From NCBI GenBank assembly GCA_965363345.1, contig CBDTTT010000001.1:1-34337 (forward strand): a stretch of DNA of 34,337 bases. The letters run 5' to 3'. The stretch is from an uncultured Chromatiales bacterium (GTDB lineage: Bacteria; Pseudomonadota; Gammaproteobacteria; Steroidobacterales; GCA-2729495). Below are positions 23,151 through 32,097 of the stretch, in pieces (the stretch's first letter is position 1; each line of letters begins with the position of its first letter). The translations under genes and the position numbers were made by a program. Below the pieces are notes generated by a model. It had not been told where the DNA came from. It did no database searches and saw only the letters and a program-made list of their open reading frames with translations.

Positions 23151-23963
23151 ATGCGTTCTTTCATTATTATTTTGCTTGGCGGAGTACTTTTAGCCGCATG
23201 TCAGCAGCCGCTGAGCAAAGCGGAACCGGCAACTGCCGGATTCGATGCGGGCAGCTCAACTGTGCTGATAACTGGCTCTAACCGCGGGATAGGTCTGGCT
23301 TTTGCGCGCTATTATGCGCAAGAAGGCTGGAATGTTATCGCCACTGCGCGCAATCCGGAGCGGGCAAACGAGTTGCAGGAACTCGCGGCTGCGAATGCTA
23401 GCGTGATTATTGAGCAGCTGGACGTGACGGATCTCGAGCGCATTAATGAGCTTGGTGCTATCTATGCGACAACCCCTATTGATGTCCTGATAAACAATGC
23501 GGCCATTCTGGGCGACCTTACGGCGCAGAGTTTCGGCTCCTATGACAAGCAGCTATTTGATCAGGTGATGGCGGTCAATGTGTTTGGTCCGATGAAAATG
23601 ACCGAGGCTTTCTTGCCTAGTATCTTGCTGGGCGAGCAGAAAAAGATTGTGACCTTATCGAGTGGACTGGGCTCCTTAACGCTGATGGGGGGTATGAAGC
23701 CAATGGCTTACTATCGAATCAGCAAGGCCGGAATGAATATGTCGATGCGCGGTATCCGCGCTGAACTCAGACCGCAGGGCGTTGTCGTAGCATTGATGGC
23801 TCCCGGCATGGTGGGCACCCAGTTGTTGGCGGACTCCGGTTATGATGGGCCTTCATTGACGCCTGCAGAAAGCGCTGCTGCCGTGGCAAAGAATATAGAC
23901 GCGCTTACCCTGAAAGATCGGGGTAAGCCGATTAATTTCAATAGCAAAACAATACCCTGGTAA
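23151..23963 (+). CDS. Short-chain dehydrogenase/reductase (classical SDR, C-factor-like) carrying a lipoprotein signal peptide.
   Basis: It has a lipobox (GGVLLAAC-QQ, Cys17), followed by TGSNRGIG (the Rossmann fold's dinucleotide-binding motif), NNAA, SSGLGS and the catalytic YRISK (YxxxK). Confidence 0.8.
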   Translation: MRSFIIILLGGVLLAACQQPLSKAEPATAGFDAGSSTVLITGSNRGIGLAFARYYAQEGWNVIATARNPERANELQELAAANASVIIEQLDVTDLERINELGAIYATTPIDVLINNAAILGDLTAQSFGSYDKQLFDQVMAVNVFGPMKMTEAFLPSILLGEQKKIVTLSSGLGSLTLMGGMKPMAYYRISKAGMNMSMRGIRAELRPQGVVVALMAPGMVGTQLLADSGYDGPSLTPAESAAAVAKNIDALTLKDRGKPINFNSKTIPW

Positions 23964-23977
23964 GGGTTGGAGTTCTG

Positions 23978-24811
23978 ATGCAACTTTCACGGAGAAGTTT
24001 TACAGGTCTTATGGGTGCGGCGGCGGGCAGCTTTATGGTGCCTAGCTATGCTGAACCAGTCTTAACCGCGCCTGATGATATTTTGCATGCGCTGATAAAG
24101 CTCCGTGGCACGCTCGATGACAGGCTCGTGATGTGGTGGATGAAGGGCATGCGTTATGGGGTTGTTGATGACCGCATTACTCCCTTATATGGAATGAAGA
24201 CCGGAGGATTTCAGCTGTATAAGGAGTTGGCTGATGGCCGTCACTCTATGACGATGCTGGAGTTGGTGTTTTTTACCGACCTGGAAACGGAGCAACCATT
24301 GGATCAGTTTACCAACCCGTATAGCGGCAAAGTAGTGGATATACCGGAGCAACGACTGGGTCCTTATACGGTTTACCACACGACTCAAGGCGTTGAGATA
24401 CCGCGTAACCCGGCTTTCGGCACGTTTGAATTACGGACAGGGCTAGGACCTGTCGTTGTGCAGGGCGACGATGTCTGGATCAGAGACGATAGTTTTGTCG
24501 ATGTTGATTCTGATCAGCCGATGATGGGCAAGCATACCTACAATGAGTTTGTTACTTATCGAGGTAGTCTCAAAGATATTGAGAACCCCGAACTCACATC
24601 CGCACCCGCTACTGTTGCTTTCCAGAGCGTGACAAGCTGGCGCGAATGGATGGGTGCCGAAGGTGTTGGCGGACATACAACCGCGCGGGCTGCCGGGAGA
24701 AAGTGCTTCTCATTGGATGAGTTTCCGGATGACTACCTGCAGATACTTAACGACCGTTATCCTGAAATAGCCAAAGACCCTCGCGCTGCATTACTCCCAA
24801 AACCAGCTTAG
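23978..24811 (+). CDS. Tat-signal exported protein, probably DUF1838 family. Paralogue of 5508-6473.
   Basis: SD GGAG is present. The Tat motif is SRRSFTGLMGAAAGSFMVPSYA. The core FFTDLETEQPLDQFTNPYSGKVVDI is shared with the other copy. It starts 14 nt after the SDR stop. Confidence 0.6.
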   Translation: MQLSRRSFTGLMGAAAGSFMVPSYAEPVLTAPDDILHALIKLRGTLDDRLVMWWMKGMRYGVVDDRITPLYGMKTGGFQLYKELADGRHSMTMLELVFFTDLETEQPLDQFTNPYSGKVVDIPEQRLGPYTVYHTTQGVEIPRNPAFGTFELRTGLGPVVVQGDDVWIRDDSFVDVDSDQPMMGKHTYNEFVTYRGSLKDIENPELTSAPATVAFQSVTSWREWMGAEGVGGHTTARAAGRKCFSLDEFPDDYLQILNDRYPEIAKDPRAALLPKPA

Positions 24812-24817
24812 CTGCGG

Positions 24818-25177
24818 TCAGGTTTCCAGCGACTCGTAGTTGTTCCAGTCGAATTGTGGTGTGCAGACACAGAGGAAAATCAGGTCGGTTTCACCGGTAT
24901 TCCTGATGCGTTGTCTTGCGCCAGCGGGAATAGTAATGCTTTCGCCTGCGATTAAATGCACGGTATGGGCATCACCAACTTCTGCGTAGCCCTGTCCATG
25001 CGTGACCAGATAGCGTTCTTCGGTGCCAGCCACCCGATGCCATGCGGTCGTAACACCCGGCTCTACCCTAGCTCGCGCTATCGAGACATTCGGATCGTTC
25101 GCAGTATTGTGAAGTTCGATGATATGGCAGCGTTCTTCGGTGTAATACTCAGCTCCGGCTGAGACTTTCTCTATCAT
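24818..25177 (-). CDS. Cupin-domain protein (119 aa).
   Basis: A strong SD GGAGGA precedes the ATG at 25177. It has a cupin beta-barrel pattern (TTAWHRVAGTEERYLVTHGQG...GESITIPAGARQRIRN). The longer track ORF would overlap the upstream gene. Confidence 0.7.
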   Translation of the reverse strand: MIEKVSAGAEYYTEERCHIIELHNTANDPNVSIARARVEPGVTTAWHRVAGTEERYLVTHGQGYAEVGDAHTVHLIAGESITIPAGARQRIRNTGETDLIFLCVCTPQFDWNNYESLET

Positions 25178-25188
25178 GATGTCCTCCG

Positions 25189-27240
25189 CTAACCGTTCGT
25201 TATAGCACTGGCCAGGTCTTGCAACTTCATCACTGGTTCGCTGCAGGTATTGCCGCGGCATATGTAAGCCACGGTTGTGTCGGCAGTTTGTTTGGTTGCC
25301 AGAGCCTCTGGCAGACCGCTAGCTGTATCGGGTATCGCAAAGCTCAGACGCTCAGGGCTGAATAATTGCCTGATGGTTGCACACCATTCGGCGGCCTCCG
25401 CATCGCCCCGTACGATAATGATTTCAGTGGTGGACAAATATTCATCCAGCGCGGTAATTAACGCGGCATGCCCATGCGGAAATTCGATCATTGATGCCCA
25501 GCCCGCAATCAGGGTGCGCTCCGCAGCCCTTATATAACGAGCATCTCCAAGTAGGTGGCCGAGTCGGTTAAGCGCGAGCGCGGCTATTGCATTGCCTGAT
25601 GGCATCGACTCATCGCTGAAGCTTTTCGGACGATAGAGCAGCTTCTCATGGTCGTTTGCGGTAAAGAAGAATGCGCCATTCTCCTTGTCTTCAAATTTCT
25701 CAAGCAGTTGCTCCGCCAGCCAGATAGCAAACTGTAGGTGATCGTTATCCCAGCGTTGTTGCAGTAGCTCGATAACAGCATCGAGCAAGAAGGCATGGTC
25801 ATCTAGATAGGCGTTAAAGCGTGCTTTGCCATCGGCATAACAGGCGAGCAGCTGCCCGTCTTCCTGCATGTTATGGCGGATGAAATCTACGGCACGAGCT
25901 GCAGCATCAGCCAGTTCCGGCTTGGTGAGAGCGCCACTGGCGATGGCAAGACCACGGATCATTAAGCCATTCCATGCCACCAGTATTTTCTCATCGCGAC
26001 CGGGCGGTATTCTGCTGTTCCGTGCACCGAGCATTTTCTGCTGAGCGCTATCGAGCAATGATTGAAGTTTTGATTTTGTGTAGCCCGAATGCTCCATCAA
26101 ATCGTCTAAGGACATTCGGTTTGTCAGATGCCAGCGGCTTTCAAAGTTGGGTGCTTCACGCAGCCCGTATAGGTGTTCTGCGGCCGTGTACTCGTAGCTG
26201 TCGAGCAGACCGTTAAGTTCATCCGGGGTCCATAGATAAAACAGGCCTTCTTCACCTTCCGAATCGGCATCCAGCGTGGCATAGAAGCCACCTTCGGGTG
26301 CTTGCATATCGCGTATCGCCCAATCGGCAGTAGCGGCAGCAACCCGACGGAAGGCATCATCGCCACTGGCTTGCCAAAGCTGTGCGGTAAGTGCCAGTAA
26401 TGGACCATTGTCGTAAAGCATTTTTTCGAAATGCGGAATCTGCCACTGTTGGTCGACTGAGTAGCGATAGAAACCACCGCCCACTTGATCATACAAGCCG
26501 CCATTTTGCATGCGACTGATACTGAGCGCGGTCATGAACAGCGCATCGACATCAGGCTCGCTCTGGTTGGCACTCTTACGCCAGTGCCGCAGCAGGCGTT
26601 CCAGATTGCTTGGGTGCGGAAATTTCGGGGCGCTGCCAAACCCACCCCAGTCTTTATCGAAATTCTCAGCCAGTTGCTGACGTGCGGCGGCGATCGGAGT
26701 ATCGCTTAGTTCAATTCCATTGTCCGGTGCTTGAGGCTGAATGCTCTGCAAAGCATTCAGCAGAGCACCGCTTTGTTGTTGCAGGTCATTCTGATTTTTT
26801 GCGTAGTGTTGCGATAGCTGATTCAGCAACTCGATAAATGATGGCATGCCATGCCGGGCTTCCTTAGGGAAGTAGGTGCCGGCAAAAAAAGGTAGGTGTT
26901 CTTTCGGTGTCAAACACACGGTAAGCGGCCAGCCGCCGCCGCGCTGGGTCAGTAGCTGGTGAGCGGTCTGGTAGATTTTGTCGAGGTCGGGTCGTTCTTC
27001 ACGATCGAGCTTAATATTTACAAACTGGCTGTTCATGATCTCAGCTGTTGCGCCATCTTCAAACGACTCGTGTGCCATAACATGGCACCAGTGACACGCC
27101 GAATAGCCGATTGATAGCAGTATGGGCTTGTTGGTATCCGCCGCCAGTTGCAGCGCTTCTTCACCCCAAGGATGCCAGTCGACGGGGTTGTCCTGATGCT
27201 GAAGTAAGTAGGGACTGCTTTCCTGAGATAGACGATTCAT
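25189..27240 (-). CDS. YyaL/DUF255 thioredoxin-domain protein fused to an (alpha/alpha)6 six-hairpin glycosidase-like domain.
   Basis: The N-terminus [22 protein letters not shown]...[23 protein letters not shown] is the hallmark of this family. The product is 683 aa. Confidence 0.85.
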   Translation of the reverse strand: MNRLSQESSPYLLQHQDNPVDWHPWGEEALQLAADTNKPILLSIGYSACHWCHVMAHESFEDGATAEIMNSQFVNIKLDREERPDLDKIYQTAHQLLTQRGGGWPLTVCLTPKEHLPFFAGTYFPKEARHGMPSFIELLNQLSQHYAKNQNDLQQQSGALLNALQSIQPQAPDNGIELSDTPIAAARQQLAENFDKDWGGFGSAPKFPHPSNLERLLRHWRKSANQSEPDVDALFMTALSISRMQNGGLYDQVGGGFYRYSVDQQWQIPHFEKMLYDNGPLLALTAQLWQASGDDAFRRVAAATADWAIRDMQAPEGGFYATLDADSEGEEGLFYLWTPDELNGLLDSYEYTAAEHLYGLREAPNFESRWHLTNRMSLDDLMEHSGYTKSKLQSLLDSAQQKMLGARNSRIPPGRDEKILVAWNGLMIRGLAIASGALTKPELADAAARAVDFIRHNMQEDGQLLACYADGKARFNAYLDDHAFLLDAVIELLQQRWDNDHLQFAIWLAEQLLEKFEDKENGAFFFTANDHEKLLYRPKSFSDESMPSGNAIAALALNRLGHLLGDARYIRAAERTLIAGWASMIEFPHGHAALITALDEYLSTTEIIIVRGDAEAAEWCATIRQLFSPERLSFAIPDTASGLPEALATKQTADTTVAYICRGNTCSEPVMKLQDLASAITNG

Positions 27241-27357
27241 GGCTGAGTGTATGTTGTTGGTGCTTAGACCGATTGTAGAAAACGAGACTATAACCTGTCT
27301 GCAAATTTAGTTGATAGCAATCGCATCTGTCGGGAAAGACTGTTGTAGAATCGCTGC

Positions 27358-28212
27358 GTGTTTATATATTCCGACATAGATCCTATCGCACTGCAACTCG
27401 GTCCTCTGGCAATTCGCTGGTATGGATTGATGTATCTGATCGGTTTTTTGGGTGGCTGGGCGCTGGGCCGCAAGCGCGCCAAAGAATGGGGCTATCCGTT
27501 TAAAGTCGAGCAGATTGATGATCTGCTGTTCTATATTGCTATGGGCGTTATCCTCGGCGGCCGTGTTGGCTACATGTTGTTTTACGGCTGGACCAATGTC
27601 GTTAATGATCCGCTAAGTATTTTGCGTATCTGGGAGGGCGGGATGTCCTTCCATGGTGGCTTGTTGGGCGTGATCATTGCGATGTGGCTGATGTCACGCA
27701 AAGTGGGTTGCTCTATTTTCAGAGTTACCGATTTTATTGCCCCGTTTGTGACGATCGGCCTCGGTGCCGGACGCGTAGGCAACTTCCTGAACGGCGAGTT
27801 ATGGGGCGCAACAACAGATTTTTCACTTGCCGTTATCGTGAATGGCGTTCCTGTTCATGCATCGAACCTGTATGAGGCCGTACTTGAAGGTCCCGTGTTA
27901 TTCATTATCTTATGGGTCTATTCGGCATTGCGGCCACCCGTCATGGCTGTGTCAGGCCTGTTTCTTCTTTGTTACGGCTTGTTCCGGTTTCTGGTTGAGT
28001 TTGTGCGGATGCCGGACGCGCATATTGGGTATCTTGCGTTTGACTGGCTGACGATGGGGCAGGTTTTAAGCACCCCGATGATTATTTTCGGTGCGTTATT
28101 TATTGTGATGGCGTACAAGAGGAACGAGTCATCACTTGAGCCCGCTGCCAGCAGGCAGGGCAATGTTAAAGATACCGTAAAAACCGGTAAGTCGAAAAAG
28201 CGGAAGAGGTAA
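27358..28212 (+). CDS. lgt: Phosphatidylglycerol-prolipoprotein diacylglyceryl transferase.
   Basis: IDPIALQLGPLAIRWYGLMYLIGF...GGRVGYMLFY...WEGGMSFHGGLLGVII...DFIAPFVTIGLGAGRVGNFLNGELWG is collinear with E. coli Lgt. It starts at GTG and I see no clear SD. Confidence 0.92.
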   Translation: MFIYSDIDPIALQLGPLAIRWYGLMYLIGFLGGWALGRKRAKEWGYPFKVEQIDDLLFYIAMGVILGGRVGYMLFYGWTNVVNDPLSILRIWEGGMSFHGGLLGVIIAMWLMSRKVGCSIFRVTDFIAPFVTIGLGAGRVGNFLNGELWGATTDFSLAVIVNGVPVHASNLYEAVLEGPVLFIILWVYSALRPPVMAVSGLFLLCYGLFRFLVEFVRMPDAHIGYLAFDWLTMGQVLSTPMIIFGALFIVMAYKRNESSLEPAASRQGNVKDTVKTGKSKKRKR

Positions 28213-28215
28213 ACC

Positions 28216-29010
28216 GTGCAGCAATATAAGGATTTGATGCGACACGTATTGTCGGAAGGCGCGCATAAAGATGATCGCACGGGTACGGGTACCTTGAGTG
28301 TGTTCGGGTATCAGATGCGTTTTGATTTGCAACAGGGCTTCCCAATGGTGACGACCAAGAAGCTGCATACACGTTCAATTATTCATGAACTTCTGTGGTT
28401 CCTGAATGGCGACACCAACATTAAGTACCTTAATGAAAACGGCGTTAAAATTTGGGATGAATGGGCGGATGAAAACGGCGACCTGGGGCCGGTCTACGGT
28501 AAACAGTGGCGCTCCTGGCCGACTCCTGATGGTCGTAATATCGATCAGCTAGAACAAGTTATGGAGCTACTGCGTAACAATCCGGATTCGCGCCGGATTA
28601 TTGTTAGTGCCTGGAATGTTGCTGAATTAGATCAGATGGCATTGATGCCCTGTCACGCTCTTTTCCAGTTCTATGTTGCCGAAGGCAAGTTGTCATGCCA
28701 GCTGTACCAGCGTAGCGCAGATATTTTTCTTGGTGTGCCGTTTAATATCGCCTCATATGCTTTATTGACGCATATGGTTGCGCAGCAGGCAGGGTTGGAA
28801 GTGGGTGATTTTATCTGGACCGGTGGCGATTGCCATTTGTACCTGAATCACCTGGAGCAGACAGAGTTGCAGTTATCGCGTGATCCTTTGCCGATGCCGA
28901 AGCTCAACATACTGCGCAAACCTGATTCGATATCCGGATACAAGTTTGAAGATTTCGAAATAGAGGGTTACGAGTCTGGAGCGCCGATTAAGGCTCCGAT
29001 CGCAATCTAG
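28216..29010 (+). CDS. thyA: Thymidylate synthase.
   Basis: The product is 264 aa and near-identical in its motifs to E. coli ThyA ([42 protein letters not shown]...[22 protein letters not shown]). It starts at GTG with SD GAAGAGG and follows the canonical lgt-thyA order. Confidence 0.97.
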   Translation: MQQYKDLMRHVLSEGAHKDDRTGTGTLSVFGYQMRFDLQQGFPMVTTKKLHTRSIIHELLWFLNGDTNIKYLNENGVKIWDEWADENGDLGPVYGKQWRSWPTPDGRNIDQLEQVMELLRNNPDSRRIIVSAWNVAELDQMALMPCHALFQFYVAEGKLSCQLYQRSADIFLGVPFNIASYALLTHMVAQQAGLEVGDFIWTGGDCHLYLNHLEQTELQLSRDPLPMPKLNILRKPDSISGYKFEDFEIEGYESGAPIKAPIAI

Positions 29011-29017
29011 ATAGCAC

Positions 29018-29845
29018 TCAGAACTTTTTGGGCTGAGCGCTTTCTACCTGCACCGGCTTTGCGTCCGGCACATCAAGTTGTATCGCCGTGAGTTGCTGGC
29101 CCCAGACGCAGCCCGTGTCTAACCCCAGTAGTTTTTCCTGTTGCAATAGCCCCAGAGCTGACCAGTGTCCAAACACAATGCGCCGGCTCCCTGTGGCGCG
29201 ATCAGGATGCTCAAACCAGGGCGATAAGTTTGCCGGTCTGCCTTTTAGAGGCCCCTTATAGGCGAAGTCCATGCTGCCATCAGCCCGAGTAAGGCGCAGG
29301 CGAGTGAGGCTATTGGTAATGCAGCGGAGGCGATCATGACCTTCCAGGTTATCAGACCAACGCCTGGGTTTGCGGCCATACATCGCCCCAAGGAACGCCG
29401 CCGCCGCATCGTTGCGCAATACTGTTTCTACTTCCCTTGCGAGTTGCAGCGTCTTGAGTCCATCCCAGTATGGCGGTATGCCCGCATGCACCATCAACGT
29501 ATCCAGCGCCGCATCATAGTGAGCGAGTGGTCTTTGTCGCAGCCATTGCAGTAACTCGTCGGCATCATCCGCTTCGAGTATAGGTTGGAGGTTGTGTTTG
29601 ATGTCGGGGGTCTTACTGGCAAAACGCAGAGCCAACAGGTGCAGATCGTGGTTGCCGAGAACGGTTATACATGCATCACCGAGTGATTTCACATAGCGCA
29701 ATGTTGCCAGTGAATCCGGCCCCCGGTTGACCAGATCGCCTACTAGCCAGAGTTGGTCATGTTCAGGGTCAAACTGTAGCTTGTCGATCAGTTGCCGGAG
29801 TTCGTTGTAACAGCCTTGAACATCGCCAATTGCATATACGGCCAT
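29018..29845 (-). CDS. apaH: Bis(5'-nucleosyl)-tetraphosphatase (symmetrical).
   Basis: It has MAVYAIGDVQGCYNEL...LWLVGDLVNRGPDS...GNHD metallophosphatase motifs. Its start overlaps the apaG stop (TAATG). Confidence 0.93.
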   Translation of the reverse strand: MAVYAIGDVQGCYNELRQLIDKLQFDPEHDQLWLVGDLVNRGPDSLATLRYVKSLGDACITVLGNHDLHLLALRFASKTPDIKHNLQPILEADDADELLQWLRQRPLAHYDAALDTLMVHAGIPPYWDGLKTLQLAREVETVLRNDAAAAFLGAMYGRKPRRWSDNLEGHDRLRCITNSLTRLRLTRADGSMDFAYKGPLKGRPANLSPWFEHPDRATGSRRIVFGHWSALGLLQQEKLLGLDTGCVWGQQLTAIQLDVPDAKPVQVESAQPKKF

Positions 29846-30231
29846 TAGTTGAGCATTTTAGGCACGGCTAGTCCGAATACGGGAATCTTTGCATCGAACG
29901 CATGCTTCTCTTCTGAGATCATGCCGTAGCTGCCTTCCATACTGCCAACCGGGGTTTTCAGAATAGCTCCGCTGGAATAGGTGTGCACCGCGCCCGGAGA
30001 TATGTAGGGCTGCTCACCGATGACACCATCACCATGAACTTCCTGAACGCCGCCATCTGAATCAGTAATGAGCCAGTGTCGTGTCAGTAGGCGAGCAGTT
30101 TTACTGCCGCAGTTTTTTATCGTGATGGTGTAGCCAAATACAAAGCGATCATCATCGGGATTCGATTGATTTGCCATGTAGGTGGCTTTCGCCGTTACGG
30201 TAATGCTGTCGGTAAGTTGAGTATCATTCAT
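29845..30231 (-). CDS. apaG: ApaG (DUF525) protein.
   Basis: From the ATG at 30231, DDDRFVFGYTITIKN...RHWLITDSDG...EVHGDGVIGEQP...Y.SG is collinear with E. coli ApaG. Confidence 0.9.
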   Translation of the reverse strand: MNDTQLTDSITVTAKATYMANQSNPDDDRFVFGYTITIKNCGSKTARLLTRHWLITDSDGGVQEVHGDGVIGEQPYISPGAVHTYSSGAILKTPVGSMEGSYGMISEEKHAFDAKIPVFGLAVPKMLN

Positions 30232-30288
30232 GTGCGCTATTCTACCGTATGAAAACACGATTGGTGGCTGTAGTCACAAACCAATTGG

Positions 30289-31062
30289 CTATATTCTTTT
30301 GGCTAATTCCAGGAAGTCTTTCGGGGCTAGCACTTCTGCACGTAAGCCCGGATCGATACCCGCGGCTGCTATTGCATCAGCATTGAGCAGTAACTTTAAA
30401 GAGTTGCTTAATGTTTTGCGCCGCATGCCAAAGGCTTGAGTGACCACTTGCTTGTATGCAGGGTATAGCTCATCACTAACCAGCGGTGTTGCCAATGGCG
30501 TTAAGCGGGCAAAACTGGAGTCGACTTTTGGTGGCGGGGTAAAGCAATTTGGTCCGATGTTAAACAGGTGCTCAACTTCGCAGCGCGCCGCCAGCATCGC
30601 AGTTAAACGGCCGTATTGCTTGTTTCCAGGCTCGGCAGCCATCCGCTGCACGACTTCTTTCTGCAGCATGACATGGATGTCCTGAAACAGAACTGCAGAG
30701 TCAAGAAAGTGGAACAACAGAGGTGTGGAAATATTATAGGGCAGGTTTCCGACCAGACGCAGCGCTTCGCCTTCGTATGGCAGCGTCGAGAAATCAAACT
30801 TGAGGGCATCACCACGATTCACTCTGATGTTCTTTGCCCAGGGTTGTTGCTCAAGCGCATCAGCCAAATCACGGTCGATTTCTACGACATCAAGTTTTTC
30901 AACGGAGCGGCTGACAACCTCGGTAATGGCGCCGCGGCCAGGCCCGATCTCAACAATATGATCGGTAGCTGCAGGTCGAATCGCATCAACAATTTTGCCT
31001 ATGATGTTGCCATCATGCAGAAAGTTTTGTCCGAAGTGCTTTTTCGGCGCGTTGAATTTCAT
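30289..31062 (-). CDS. rsmA: 16S rRNA (adenine1518/1519-N6)-dimethyltransferase.
   Basis: It has KKHFGQNFLHD...VEIGPGRGAIT...GNLPYNISTP motifs. An ATGA overlap joins it to the pdxA stop. Confidence 0.95.
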   Translation of the reverse strand: MKFNAPKKHFGQNFLHDGNIIGKIVDAIRPAATDHIVEIGPGRGAITEVVSRSVEKLDVVEIDRDLADALEQQPWAKNIRVNRGDALKFDFSTLPYEGEALRLVGNLPYNISTPLLFHFLDSAVLFQDIHVMLQKEVVQRMAAEPGNKQYGRLTAMLAARCEVEHLFNIGPNCFTPPPKVDSSFARLTPLATPLVSDELYPAYKQVVTQAFGMRRKTLSNSLKLLLNADAIAAAGIDPGLRAEVLAPKDFLELAKRI

Positions 31063-32063
31063 GTGTCGCTTGCCAGCGCTTGTTGATGGTTGCGCACCAT
31101 AGTAATTGCTGTCCTGACTGCGACTAACAGGCTTTGCGGGTCCGCCTTGCCCGTGCCAGCCAGGTCAAGAGCCGTGCCGTGATCAACCGAGGTTCTGATA
31201 ATGGGCAGCCCTAGTGTGATGTTGACGACATTGCCAAAGCCTGCATGCTTAATGACGGGCAAACCCTGATCGTGATACATCGCGAGTACCGCATCGAAAT
31301 TCTGGAGTGAGCCTCGCGTAAACGCCGTGTCAGCCGGCAGCGCATCAGAAAGTTGCAGGCCTTCTGCCCTCAAGGTTTCGATAGCAGGCTGGATTATTTC
31401 TATTTCCTCGCTACCCATGTGTCCACTTTCGCCTGCGTGGGGGTTTAAACCAAGTATCGCAATGCGGGGGTGGGCTATACCAAAACGGGTTTGCAGATCA
31501 CGCTGAACAACCCGGCAGGTCTCGATGAGTCGATCTCTGGTAATCGCATCGGGTACGGCGCGCAATGCTAAGTGGGTGGTAACGAGCGCGACCCGAAGTT
31601 CTGCGCTGCTGTCCGCCAGCATCATGACAGGCAGCTGGCCGCCACTGCGTTCAGCAAGATACTCGGTGTGTCCTGAGAAGCGAATACCGGCATCATTGAT
31701 GCTGCTTTTTTGAATCGGGCCGGTCACCATGGCCGCAAATTCAGCGTTTAGGCAGCCGTCGCATGCGGTATTAAGGCTTTCCAATATCGCGTGTGCATTC
31801 GCAGGGTCCGGCTCGCCAGCTATGGCGGCTTGCTGTAGTGCTACAGGACTAACACACAGCTCTCCCGGCAGAGATGGCATTGCAGCAACGTTGCGGTCGT
31901 ACTCCCGGATAGTGACGCTTAGGCCTAGCTGCTTGGCGCGGTGCTCAAGTAATGTTGGGCTGCCGATAACAACGAGTTGTGCGTCCCAGAGTTCTTGTGC
32001 GAGAACCAGTGCAATGTCTGGCCCGATACCAGCAGGTTCGCCGAGTGTAATGGCGATACGCAT
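31059..32063 (-). CDS. pdxA: 4-hydroxythreonine-4-phosphate dehydrogenase.
   Basis: From the ATG at 32063, MRIAITLGEPAGIGPDI...GHTEYLAE...LNPHAGE.GHMG.EE...AMYHDQGLPV.K...VNITLGLP.IRTSVDHGTA is collinear with E. coli PdxA. Confidence 0.93.
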   Translation of the reverse strand: MRIAITLGEPAGIGPDIALVLAQELWDAQLVVIGSPTLLEHRAKQLGLSVTIREYDRNVAAMPSLPGELCVSPVALQQAAIAGEPDPANAHAILESLNTACDGCLNAEFAAMVTGPIQKSSINDAGIRFSGHTEYLAERSGGQLPVMMLADSSAELRVALVTTHLALRAVPDAITRDRLIETCRVVQRDLQTRFGIAHPRIAILGLNPHAGESGHMGSEEIEIIQPAIETLRAEGLQLSDALPADTAFTRGSLQNFDAVLAMYHDQGLPVIKHAGFGNVVNITLGLPIIRTSVDHGTALDLAGTGKADPQSLLVAVRTAITMVRNHQQALASDT

Positions 32064-32097
32064 AGTGTTGTTGGTGTCGCTCAATTGAAGAGCCCGA

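Noticed and set aside
25178-25261. The track's longer start for the cupin gene, which overlaps the yyaL 3' end.
   Set aside because: The ATG at 25177 is preceded by a near-perfect SD (GGAGGA) and removes the overlap.
31525-32088. Plus-strand ORFs (62 aa and 119 aa) antisense to pdxA.
   Set aside because: pdxA is collinear with E. coli PdxA throughout. The antisense products are Ser/Ala/Arg-rich and lack start signals.
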